Shown here: positions 1-12,152 of the stretch, one piece after another
Layout of the letters: each line of letters starts with the position of its first letter
How positions within the stretch are numbered: position 1 is the stretch's first letter
From: Trichosphaerium sp. ATCC 40318
Taxonomy: Eukaryota; Protista; Tubulinea
DNA: 33,218 nucleotides
Direction: 5' to 3'
Assembly (NCBI GenBank): GCA_038496445.1
Contig: JALMLS010000528.1
Coordinates: forward strand, 1-33,218
Program-made: the position numbers and the translations under genes
The notes under the pieces: model-generated
The model's input: only the letters and a program-made list of their open reading frames with translations
Databases searched by the model: none
What the model was told of the DNA's origin: nothing

Positions 1-342
1 AATTCTGTCAACTATCTCTTACTATGTAGTGCAGGTAAGATGTGTGCTTGTAATAGGTAGTGATACCTCCAATAATATTCTGGTGTCATGGCATGGAAGT
101 ACAAATCACGTGGTTTTTTTTTTCACTGTAGGTTTGATCTACACAAGCTGTGTTACTTGTATGTCATTTCTATGCGTAGAAAAGCGCTGTAGCAGTATCT
201 ATGCTACCATTGAGTATTTTTAGGCTGAGTTTTTTACACAAAGGGTAAACTTGCTCTAACAGCGTTTGTTAGATGCATTTCCGTGTTTTCTGAAAGTTTG
301 CGTGAGACTTAATAAGATTGAACACACAATTAAACACTAGCA

Positions 343-2351
343 ATGCTAACAGCACTAGAAAGATGCCCCACACGGCCAGCAACACCAACAATGGGCAATA
401 TTGGATTGCTGACATGGATGGAGTGCAATACTCCTATTTTTTATTGTTCTCCTCAAAAAAGATGGGCTCGGCAGTACAGTCCCATCAGACATGCTGAAAA
501 AGGCAATTTGACCACATGGTATTACCGTTGTAAAAACCGCGGTAAGTGCAAAGCTAAATTACAAATACTCTCAAAACATGGAAGAGGCACGTCAATACTA
601 AACATAAAGGAAACTGAAGGTATTTTTATTTGTTTTAAACAAAATGGTAAATATATTTGTTTAGGACATGTAAAAGAGTGCTGTCCTGTGCACATATCGA
701 AGCTGAAGCTCAATAATAGCGTTAAAAGGAGTATAGAACAAGATATTGAAAGAGGGATACCTCCGCTTAGTGTGGTACGTCAAATTATTCTAGACACTAC
801 CCTTATCATTTTCTGTACAGTATAAATCATTTTTGGAGAATGATGCTCATGATCCGCTGAATTCGTCAGAAATACCTAGCACGGACAACATGGCATACCT
901 TGCGCGTAAGGTACACCGTAGGCACGAAATGCACCACGAGGTATTATTTTTGGTTAATTAGAAATGTTTTTACACTAACACAAACTAGGTGTACTCAAAC
1001 ATTCGGTTAATGCATCCTTTGTCCTCACGAATTGTTCAGGCAACGAATGATGTCATATCATTTGTTCACCCTGAGTTAAACACTTATTTACGTGATTTTG
1101 ATAACAGTGTACTCTTTGTTGATGGCACCTACGGAATAGCAGATATTAATGCGCAGGTGAGAGCTACACAGGCACAACTCTTCTTTATTTTTTTTTGTAG
1201 GCTTTGTTTTTTTGGGTGAAAGCAGAAGGAGCTAAGCGTACTAAAGGAACCTGCATTAGCTTTGCAATCATGCATGCCAAGAACCTTCCTGAGTATGAGT
1301 ATGCATTCATGCATCTAAAAAGTGTATGTGGAGTGCCTTTTCAGCGGTTGATGACTGATGGAGAAACAAATATGAAACGAGGTAAACTTTTTTGTATTTT
1401 TTGTTTAGAAGACTCATATTTTATTCAGCAGCTGTAAATGTACTGGGCCCTTTAAAAATATCCCAATGTATCTACCATATTGCTGAAGCGCACAGAAGAA
1501 AGCGGTCAGAGCTGGGTATGAAGAAAGAAGGGCGTGAAGAGGAGAATAGATGGTGTAAGTTGGTGTCAACAACTTTACTATATGAAAAAAATGAGAAAAA
1601 GTTTTATCGTTATTGGAATTCCTTTCAGAAGGAAGCACTTGAAAAAACAAATGACTGTAGAGCATACATTAAGTACCTAGCCAACACATACATGAATGTT
1701 ACTGATGAAGTCACCAAGTACGTTATTCAATACTTGTTTATTAATTATTGCTTTTTTTTTACCTTACATTTTTTATACTAGATGTCCTCCATCTACATGG
1801 GCGCTATGGACAGTTACTGATACCCCTTGGGAGCATACGCGTACCAATAACATCAGTGAAGGTAACAACAGTGCTGTTAAAAAGGTGCTCTCATATGAGG
1901 GTACAAGGAAACGTCCTTGTGATGTTGTTTTTTCTTCACTGGTAAAGTTTGCTACTTGCAGCTTAAAAGATGGTCAACGCACAGTTATTGGAATAGCTGT
2001 GGGCACACCTAAGAGTGTCACTTTAAAGAGGCGAAAAGATCAAGCTGAGAAAATTGAGAAGAGGTGTAAGTGACCAATACTGTTATGGTATATGAAATTA
2101 ACGTTGTCAAAGTGAAGAAACTAAATACCCCACTTTTGAAAATTAAAGCACAAAGACAAGCAAAAAGAGCTGCTAAAAAAAAAAAGATGGAGAAAAAGCA
2201 ACGCCTCCAACATAATCAACGTCTTAAAGCTCCATTAAAGGTAAGTAAGAAGTTTTTTGGTTAATTAACATGACTGCAGCTACGAAGGAAAAAAACCATA
2301 ACAATTAAAAAAAGTGTACTCAAAAAGTATCTCGCCAACCAACTTAAATAA
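343..2351 (+). mobile_element. Mutator-like (MULE) DDE transposase gene, 9 exons, reading frame intact after splicing
   Basis: The spliced product has an N-terminal FLYWCH/WRKY-like Zn motif (WYYRCKNRGKCKAKL...EGHVKEC), then FVDGTY (D1), LMTDGE (D2), CIYH (CxxH), W...RTNNISEGNN (E) and a basic C-terminal tail. Eight GT-AG introns (e.g. 620-664, 775-820, 941-988) join these in frame; stop TAA at 2349-2351. No TIR/TSD is visible in the window. Confidence 0.88.
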
Positions 2352-2640
2352 ATTTTATTGACTTTTAATTTGTTCTATTACGTACATACACTTTATTTTG
2401 ATTTATAACGGCATATAATTCCACTGAGGGGTGATTTTCAGTATCTGAAACAATTGAAAATGGTATTGTCGCTGAAAAAAAGTTTTGTCAACAAAATTTA
2501 CACATGTTAACACCTTCACCCAAAGGAAAATCAGAATTCAAATACTATTCCATTGTCTTACATGAATCCAAGTAACTGTTGTCAAGGTCAATCAAGAATA
2601 TAGCATGGGAAGTCTTTGATAGGGATTGACAAATAGTTGA

Positions 2641-3006
2641 CAAAAAGAAGTTGACAAAAGACGGCATTTTCCTAGTCACCATAATTTTACTGTAATCTTA
2701 AAACCAGGTGATAAAAAAACGTATGAAATACCTTTCCTTTTCGACAGATCACTAGCACCCCAAGTAGGCTTTAGGCTTCCATTTCGCATGTCCTCTGAAA
2801 AATGTTCCCCAGGAACCTTTTCTCTTCAAGGAAAACGTTGTCACATTCATGTTGCGGATGCTAAAACACCTGATGTGTTTCCTCTTCAAGTATTTGTTCA
2901 AGTTAAAACATTTAAAGAACGCTTCATGATGCACTATGAAGAGGTTTATGGACATTGTTCATTGGTTAATAGCAATATTGTAAATCTTACTTTGTACAAG
3001 TCATAA
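2641..3006 (+). pseudogene. Open frame with no upstream start; probable gene remnant of unknown family
   Basis: Stop-free frame of about 121 codons (…NFTVILKPGDKKTYEIPFLFDRS…NLTLYKS*) followed by AATAAA. The upstream continuation (about 2440-2640) is broken by stops and a frameshift. Confidence 0.3.
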
Positions 3007-3469
3007 ATAAAGCAATTTCTTTTCAACCAACCACGTGACAACTTAAGTTCTGATAAACTCAAATAACAGATGAAGGAATGACATCGTTAACAATGTTAAA
3101 AGCTTAAGTAATGATCAATGCTGGGATATAACAGACTCTTGTTTGAAGAACTTGGCATCTTGAAATGTGGAATTACAGAATCACAAGTTTCTTTGCTTTA
3201 CTTTTATTTGCCTACGCGTCGGGACTGACCCATTCTTAAGCAATCCTACATTTTTGCTCACTAAGAGTTGACATTTGGAGTTGCTCCAAACCAATCTTTC
3301 ATAAAATGACATGAAACCTGTTACGAAAAAAGTGATACTGGTACTCGCTACTTGTGGCGAATAAATATGGTGACTGATAAAATGTTATGACAACAAACAT
3401 ACCTTACAGTAAACGGCAATTCGTAGGCTGTACATTTTTTATTTACAAGGGAGCTTATTAGTGGCTACA

Positions 3470-3724
<255 letters not shown>

Positions 3725-3884
3725 TTATGATTTTTCGACGTTAAACTTGGTGGTATTCTTTTCATTGAAAGTAACAGTTTTGAAGAAAAAGCAATCAAAA
3801 TTCCAGATTCTGAATTGAATTCCGTTTGTTTAACCTGTATTTATCGATTTTCTGTCACATTTTTAACATTTTTCTGAGCATTGG

Positions 3885-4490
3885 CTATAACCGAGTATCC
3901 ATAGTTTTCTTTTTTTTTTTTGGTGACCCATCAACTGATTTTTTATCATCACTACGCCGCCTATCACGTTCATCATCGTTTTTTACATCTTCATCACCAC
4001 GTTTATCATCAGATCTATCACATGCTTTTTCTTCTCGCTGTTGATCTCTTCTATTATCTTCCTTGCTTATCTTTTGCCCAGAAGCTGTTTTAAAAATATT
4101 CTACTGTCAACGAGCCGTAACTCTCGTTTACATTTCTACTAGCTCAAAGATGCTTTGGGGAGTTCATTCCGAAAAACCACTAGTACGGCTTTCTTCTTTA
4201 ATAAGTGGATAAGCCGGTAAACGAACATAGCTATCACAAAGAAACTAGATTTGGTTTTAATGGACATTTCGCTTTGCACTGTGCATGGCTTTTAATTACT
4301 ATTTCTTGACCATTGTTAATAGAAGCAACTACAACATTGCTTTCAGCTAGGTAGATGTTATATTTAACAGCTTTTTTCTCAATGTACTCATTCACCATTC
4401 CACAAATGTCTATTTTATTATTCTATTTATTGTACATTTGGCTTACCAAAATGTTTGTCCACATTTCTGAAGCTACTTAACCTCTACCGA
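3885..4490 (-). pseudogene. 5'-truncated, intron-containing gene relic ending in a charged exon with an NLS-like PKKKKK
   Basis: Last exon 3885-4084 (acceptor AAACAG) reads …KISKEDNRRDQQREEKACDRSDDKRGDEDVKNDDERDRRRSDDKKSVDGSPKKKKKTMDTRL*. Upstream exon-like pieces (VDKHF|DICGMVNEYIEKKAVKYN…) cannot be joined to it without stops. Confidence 0.35.
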
Positions 4491-4498
4491 GTGGCTTT

Positions 4499-5395
4499 TT
4501 ACATCATAGCACACTGTCTATTTTGTTTGATAGGTTTTGATGTAACTGAATCTCGGCGCTTCCTTATCTCTCGTACAAGTTGATAAAAAGCTTCTTCAAC
4601 ATTTTCACGTGTTTTAGCTGATGTCTCAAAAAAAGGAATGCTGTAATGCTTTCCAAGCTCTTCTCCTTCTTCTTTAGTAACTGCTCTTTGTTCTTCTAAA
4701 TCAACTTTATTCCCAACTATTACTAAAGGGACAGAATCTAGATCCTTGACCCTAATCCAATATCAGCAAAAACCTTTTTTGATAAAATAATGTGAAAAGA
4801 AAGTTGACGTTTATTCTTTACTCTAAAAGCTCCCTCAACCTTGGATAGAAGGGGAAATGTTTGTGTAGCACATGTTTGACTATTGGTAGTCTGGCTGTTA
4901 TGGATGCTATGATCCAGGAGGGTAATTGGATTGTCAACTTATCATGTGTTCCGTACCTTCTAACTTGGTCATAGAAATCTGGTAGTTCTTCAAAAGATGC
5001 ACGGCTTGTAATAGCGTAAACAAGTAAAAATCCTTCACCTATTCTCATGAACTGTACGTTAACGAATACGTTAGTTACACATGGCAGCTGACAGAGGTGC
5101 TTACTTGATCACGCATTGCAGTGAATATTTCTGTTCCTGCTACATGAAGAATTTCCAAGAGAAGCGTCTCTTCGTCTACAATAAATGTTTTACTATACCT
5201 ACAGAAGCGTTTTAACGCTTTTGAACAAAAAGACGACTAAACTGCGTAAAAAGTGTTTGTAGTTGATTAAAACGCTTACGAATCTTCTAGGGTAGGGTCG
5301 TATTCATCACTGAAGTGGTTGCTTATTAATTGTCTCGTAAGTGCTGATTTTCCAACACCACCGCTCCCAAAAACAGCTATCCTACATTCAGTCAT
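4499..5395 (-). CDS. Ras-family small GTPase, copy 1 (4 exons, intact, atypical G3 motif)
   Basis: [20 protein letters not shown]…YDPTLEDS|[31 protein letters not shown]|[22 protein letters not shown]…VRR|[18 protein letters not shown]…ETSAK…CAMM*. G1, G2, G4, G5 and the CaaX box are present; three GT-AG introns. Confidence 0.95.
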
Positions 5396-5938
5396 TCAGG
5401 GTGCTTCCCGTTACGTTATAAATTGGTGTTATTGTTGTACTTGACTACATTAGAAAAGTGGTTGATAAAAATAGAATTTTTCAACAAACCCATAGAATTT
5501 CGATTTGACGAAATACTTACTTCCTCATGTTTTCTACTTGTGGACACGATTGTCTATTTCTTCAGCTTTAGAACCCCATTTCTGGTGGTTAACGTTTGTA
5601 GATTCTTCTTCAGTTTGTATTGTGTCGTTAACGAAACTTGTTTGTAATGATCCTGGATAATGCCACGTGGGGCTACCATTGATGACAATATTCAAGATAG
5701 TCTCAACAGGGACCGAAAATAAGTTTGTGATGTCTGAGTTTGTGTCAGGCAACGCGTTTCGACATTGCTATTTCTTTTTACTAATTGCAACAAAAAAACG
5801 ATAGTGGCGGTCAAAGCACTTGTTATTAAGCTAGTTCTGGTAAATGTAATATTTCCAATGATTTGATGTTTGGACCATTATTTGACTCACGTAAATAAAA
5901 CTCACACGTGCGCCATTTTTATTTATCGTTTCTTCGTG

Positions 5939-7562
5939 ATGCTGGCACGTTTATTCATTTGTTTATGTATTGTATTCGTGTTTGCGTATGGTAATAACGT
6001 TTAAAAAGATTGCAGGTATGTATACTCAACGTAAATAGGTACAAGCGCTTGTACAAGCGAACGCGATTGTGGATATGGAGGGAAATGCGTCTCTTCGAAA
6101 TGCGAATGCTATTCAACATGGACAGGTAATAAAAGCGCTCCTATCTCTTTAAATGGCTTCAATTTTGTTAATTTAATACATCCAGGCGACAACTGCACTC
6201 TTCTTAACTTGAAACCAGCTCAAAGTTCGAAAGCTTTTTACAGATCTAATTCATCAAGCTGGGGAGGTTCTGTTTTGAAAGGAGATGACGGTTCGTATCA
6301 CATGTTTATGGCTAATATGGAGAATAACTGCGGTTTGAATTCATGGGAGTGTAATAGTGCTATTTGTACGACAGTTTGTTTCTATAGCAAGTGTTGTCAA
6401 CTTACTTTTCGCCAAGCACATGCTATATCCGATACCCCGCAAGGACCTTATATACAGCATGAAACCTTGATGAACCCTTTTGCGCATAACCCCACACTTC
6501 ACTATGATCCAATAGACAAGTTGTATCTCATCTTTCACATTGGACAGTACGCTCCCTCTTTTTTTTGTACATTTCTAACGCACTTGTACTTGACTCGCAT
6601 GCTAGCTAACATTGTTTGTTTTTATTAAAGGGGTGTACCAACAAAAGATAGAATGAAGTGCTCAAATGGAGTAACAAACGGAACTTGTGGTAGTAAAAGA
6701 GATTTAGGAATATATGATATTGAAGCATCTGATTTACCGAATGTTCTTTACAGTCCTAGTCTTAATGGTCCTTGGAAGATATTCAAAGGTGGTAACGGTT
6801 GGACATTTAATAACCCAAGTCCATTCATATTCCCCAATGGTACGAAAAGGCACTTATTATTAGTAAAGCACAAACTAATAGCCTTTTTTTTTTTACAGGT
6901 TCTATCCTCATGTTTCACAAAATTGGATGCTCAGCCCAAGGGTTTTGTCGTCAATACGCTATCGCTACTGCTCCAAGTTGGAAAGGGCCTTACTCAGAAA
7001 GTAAAAATATTACTGTTTATGGAGAAGACGCTTATGTCTGGAGACAACCTGCTGACGGCACGTGCATGCTTTTTTTTTTTTGCTTTTTTTTTTCAGCTGT
7101 TTCAGTTTTTGTAGCTTTATTTAGCAACCCACTGGTTACGCTGGTTTCATCAAAACGGTGAGGAATTCACCTCTCTAAATTTTGGATTTTCAATAGTCTA
7201 CTAAGATGGAAAAGAAGTGAAATAACATAATAATACAATTGTGTTAACATTGTTTTATTTTAGGATCATTTCATATGTTGTTCCAAGGAGGAAATTACTC
7301 ACCTTCCTTACCACATTACACTGGGCATTGGCATACTGCCTTTTCTTCAAATGGAATAGACTGGGAAGTATCTGCATGGGCACCTGCATTTACAAATGAG
7401 ATATCTCTTGAGAACGGTCAAAAAGTATCAGTAGTTAGGAGAGAACGCTCACAGGTATTATTCAATGATCAAGGATGGCCAGCGTACTTGTTTAATGGCG
7501 TAACTACTGGACACGAGGATTTTAGTTATACCGCTGTACAACCTATCGAAGTCCCGCAATAA
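5939..7562 (+). CDS. Secreted EGF-like + GH43-like five-bladed beta-propeller glycoside hydrolase
   Basis: Signal peptide MLARLFICLCIVFVFAYG; EGF-like CTSERDCGYGGKCVSSKCECYSTWTGDNC; propeller motifs SSWGGSV…YHMF, HAISDTPQGPY, AHNPT, NNPSP, GEDAYVW and RRERSQV…YLFNGV. Six introns, one of them GC-AG. Confidence 0.8.
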
Positions 7563-7619
7563 TAAACAAAGACAACGCCCTAGTTTTTGTCTAACTGTAA
7601 CACCAAAAGAAACAAGCTA

Positions 7620-10600
7620 TTTTATTTATGCTTGTAAGTACTTGATTAACAGTTGGATCCTTTAGATTTGTGTTCTTGAATCAAGAAAAAGAAAGAATTG
7701 TTGTTTAGGTGTTGTTTTTTATTTTTTTATGGTTATAATTAGATGGTTCTAAACTAAAAACTCACATGTACATGTTCCACGTCCGAACGCATAATTCTTT
7801 GTCAGTGTTACAGTTTTTAACTCACTTGTGGTCGGATAGGTCCTAGTACAATCTTGGCCATTTGGTTTTGGACACAAGAAACCACCTCCCACATTCTCAC
7901 AAGCTACTGAAGTGCACCTATTAATTCGATGTTGTTAGTGTCAAATAGTAAGAAAAAAAAGTACGTACAAACAACCATCTTGAGTTGGACGGAGAAGAGC
8001 CTGGAGACAAAAAACTAGTTGGGATCCTAATGGAGCCCTTGGTGCTCTTGTTGTAGGTGCAGGTGTTGGTTCAAATGTTGGTTGCATAACACTAACTGGA
8101 GCACTACTAGTAGGTTGTGGTGTTGGTTCCACCGAAGGCTCTTGAGTTGTAGGTGCAGTTGTTGGCGCATCCGTTGGTGGTTCCGTCGTAGGGGCATCTG
8201 TTGGCACATCCGTTGGCGGTTCTGTCGTAGGGGCATCTGTAGGTGGGTTCGATGGAGCAGCTGTTGGTGGAGCCACAGGAGCATTAGTAGGCGCATCTGT
8301 AACTGGAGCGTTTGTAGGGGCATCTGTTGGTGGAGCCACAGGAGCATTCGTTGGAGCATCTGTTGGTGCGTCAGTTTGAGTAGGAGCGTCTGTTGGAGCT
8401 GCTGTTGGCATATCTGTAGGTGGGTTTGTAGGTGGTGCTGTAGGTGTTGAAACAGGGGCAGTGGTAGGTGATAGCGATGGAGTACTCGTTGGTACTAATG
8501 TTGGAGGAGCAACAGGAGCATTAGTTGGAGCATCTGTGAACGGTGCGTTTGTTGGCGGTGCTGTTGGAGAAGCCACAGGAGCATTCGTTGGAGCATCTGT
8601 TGGCGGAGGTACAGGTGCATTCGTTGGAGCGATTGTAGGAGGAGCCGTTGGCGCGTTTGTAGGCGCGTTAGTTGGAGGCGCTGTTGGAGGCGCTGTTGGA
8701 GGTGCTGTTGGAGGTGCTGTTGGAGCGTTGGTTGGAGCTACAGTAGGCGAAAGCGTTGGCGATAATGTTGGTTGTGGTGTGGTTGTTGGCTCTAATGTTG
8801 GTGATGCTGTTGGTTCTGCTGTTGTTGGAGCGTCGGTTGGTGATGACGGTACTGCTGGTTCTATGACTAGTACGATCCCGTTCAAATCTGTTTTAAGTCT
8901 TGTATCACTTCCAGTGTATGACGTTTCGAGTGTAGGCAACTCATCAAGAAACCCCATTGTTCTAATCAAGAAAAAAATAAGATTAGCAATTACACTGTCG
9001 TTGACAAAAAATAATAGCGTATGTTTGGCTGTTATACTTACTCTATGAGCAATATTTCCACTGGCTCACTTGGTGCAGTTATAGATTCGCTGAATTCTAC
9101 AATGATTCTCGAGTCGCCTCCGAAAGGATTGATGACAAATCCAGAAGAAAATGTTCCGCTGGTTTGTATTTCATCAAGCGAAAGGATCTGGAATCCTAGC
9201 GCTCCTCCAGATATAAGAAATATAGATGCCACTGATGCCACAGTATTTGTTTTCTTAAAGAGTACACCATCCTTATTAACAATTATGTTCAAAGGAGATG
9301 GATCCGAATTAGTCAAGTCCTAAAAATAGGTCAAAAATAGTAAAAAATAAAAACCCAAAGCAATACCACGACGCTTGTTAAATTGAATAATCCTTTTCTA
9401 ATTCTCAGTGTGCTCTCTACTCCTGCGTCTACGTTTAATACCACTCCTGCTTCATTTTCTGTGTATAGTATGAGCTGAGAGTCTTCAATGGACGTTGATA
9501 GCATAAATTGCATTGGGAGTATAGTCGCTTCAACCCTTGCTCTAAGAAATGGTCGGTTAATAAACAAGCACCGGGATTTATGTACCCTTCTATTAGTCGC
9601 AGAACTCTATTTATAGCAAGATCTGCAATCTCAGCATATATTTTGGCAAGAATAAGGTCACCAGCAGAAGCAACAGTATTCAAAGTGACATTCACTTCTC
9701 TACTCACTTGCTCTAAAAAAAAAGAAAATATGAGAACCAAAAAAAAGTTATAAACTAGCACGTGCGCGCATAATAATAAAGTAAGTTTTTATATGTGGCG
9801 GTTGTTTTGTTTGAAGGCTATTTTGATGAGAATTTTGTTTCACGCACCGACACGAAGAGGCTGAGAACTTCTCCAGATTATATTAGCATTATCCATTTTT
9901 CCATCAAACGATAGTACATTTTCCACTGAAGTATCAAGATTAACGCTATCGCTTATTGTTACATCAGTAATAGAAGACATCCCCGTGAATCTTAAAACAC
10001 CATAAAATCCAATGAAACCGCCAGTAACAGTGCTGTCCACGCTAGAATTCTGGGCACGGAAAAAAAAAAAGTAAGGAAAGATTTTTTACAAGTGTCTATT
10101 AATATAGACTATGCGCACATACCACTGACATATCAACTGTCACACCGTCTGAAATATTTATATCACCACTGAAAGCAGATAATCCGTTCCTATTTATAAA
10201 CGAAACTGGACCTTCAGCTCTATTCAAAGCACTTCGTTAGCGATAGAAAACAAAAAAACAATGGATGAACAATCATATCTGATATCACGTGCCTTATCAA
10301 TGCGCGTACTATCAATAAATAAGTGTTAGGAATTATGCGAAGTTGTTCTGTTCCCGCTTGTTCTATGAGTGTTTCCAAATTGACAACTTCCTTAAAAAAA
10401 CAATTGGATCATTCGCCAACAAAAAAAAAAAAAAACTTACGATTGGATCATCTGCATTAGAGAAAGGTTCCAATACAATATCTTGATCAATTTCTGGTGC
10501 AGAACGTATATTTGATATTGCTACTACTCTATTTCTGTTTGATCTAAACTCACTGGAAAAAGCGTTGGCATCAAGACTCAACCAGTTTATGAAGACACTC

Positions 10601-11353
10601 TGTAAAAAAAATTACCATCAGTCCATAAAAATCTATTGACGCACTTCAGCTATTATTCTCGACGTTCTAAAAACAGTAACTGTATTAACAGAGAATTGTC
10701 CTTGTAGTAGCTGAATAGTAGATGCTACACCTCTGAAGACAAAGTTGTACAAAGTAGTTGATCCAATTGGTGCGCTTAAGAAGAAATAAAAAGTCAATAG
10801 AGAATATGTCAAATGTGAATCATCTCATCACTTTACCTTGCCATAATCAACTCAGTATTATCAAGTTCTATAACAGGACATCTTCCAGGAACAAGTTCAA
10901 TAGGTGGCCATCGAACACTGGCTATATTACTTATTTCCAAATCGACAGCGTCTGCCTAAAATACAAAAACAGAATATTAATTACAGTGTCAAGTACTTTT
11001 TTTTTGAAACAAAGATCGGGACGCGCACGCAAGGTTCAAAGCCAATTAAAAAAGCATTATCTGTTGTGTCTGGAGGTATTGGAGCATTATTACATAGAGT
11101 CTGATCAGTTGCCTCACATCTCCAGTTATTTGTGTTCCTACAACGTACGTCCGTTACACATAAGATATCATATGATTTTAATTTATGTTTTCTTTTTGAG
11201 TCGACGACAAGGACTGAACGTACTCCCACGCTGAACTCTGTGCGCCTGTCCATATAACACGGACTTGACAAGCGCCAAGGCTTATAAAACAAATTACGAC
11301 TAAAGGTAATCAGCTAACAAAGAATCACGTGTTGTTAAAGTGCAAAGAGTCAT
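7620..11353 (-). CDS. Large multi-exon secreted protein with a PT-repeat (Pro/Thr/Ala) mucin-like stalk and Cys-rich C-terminus
   Basis: Signal-like start MTLCTLTTL|VICFISLGAC, then WTGAQSSAWENTNNW and many beta-rich exons. The long exon at about 7968-8969 carries xPTx repeats, followed by Cys-rich exons. The 3' end is approximate. Confidence 0.75.
8040..8850 (-). repeat. Coding degenerate tetrapeptide repeat (PTDA/PTNA/PTAP)
   Basis: About 12-nt periodicity with higher-order copies such as PTDAPTNAPVAP. It produces spurious Gly/Val-rich antisense ORFs. Confidence 0.9.
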
Positions 11354-12152
11354 GATCCAAGTGTTTTAGTAAAAGTTGTTTTATCAAACTGTTTTTTTCA
11401 CAATTTAGCGAGATACAAATCACGTGAACAACAAAACGGTTGTATATACGCGTTATCTCATAAAAGAGCGTTATTTTGTTCATAGGAGATAAGTTATAAA
11501 GGGTATTGTTTATAATCTATTCTAGCTTGTTTTAAACACGTCTAAGTAGAAAGTACCGAATAGGCGACTAAACGTTAGGTGCATTGCCAATGAGCCTCAC
11601 AATCCATAAACGAGATGGTCGTGATTAGTCTTGCCAACGTGTTTTGAAATTAAACGGTTAATTTGCTAACATGCTTTGTTATGTACACCTAACAGATAGA
11701 CGCTGGTAATTGCAGTAAAAAAGTCGTTTAATATCACGTGGACGCTCAAAAGGGTAAAGTGCGTTTACATTTTCTTTGGTAAAAAATAAAGCGCGCTTCG
11801 TACTGCACTGTAAAGTTAAAGGCAACGCACGAAATTCCAAAAAAAGAGAAGTGCTTTTTTTGTTGTTACCTCAAGTTGTAACTTGGTTATCATTCCCCGA
11901 AATACTACCCACAGTCGTCACTCATACTGTTGTGACATGTTTACTGAAGTTATACTTCATGGCGTAATTGTAAAGATTGAACAGTACGTTGTTTGTTAAC
12001 TACAACTTTGACCAATTCATTTGAACATGTGTGCTCCATTTCCGCAGTACAGCCTCTGATATTCTTGTGTTTGAGATGTAGTTCAGCAACAAGTGCGTTT
12101 TATGGTAAGTTTATTGATTACTATACGAACAGTCAAAGGCTTAGTCTTCCAA

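Noticed and set aside
4818-4956. Apparent ~45-aa novel insert or C-terminus in Ras (YGTHDKLT…; also in copy 2)
   Set aside because: Read-through into intron 3; splicing restores the canonical RVKD.
5534-5770. 72-aa minus ORF with F-box-like LFSVPVETILNIV
   Set aside because: No in-frame ATG and too little similarity to call; possibly a relic.
8027-9048. ORFs 8461-9048(+), 8082-8450(+) and 8027-8359(-)
   Set aside because: Antisense and alternative-frame shadows of the PT-repeat exon.
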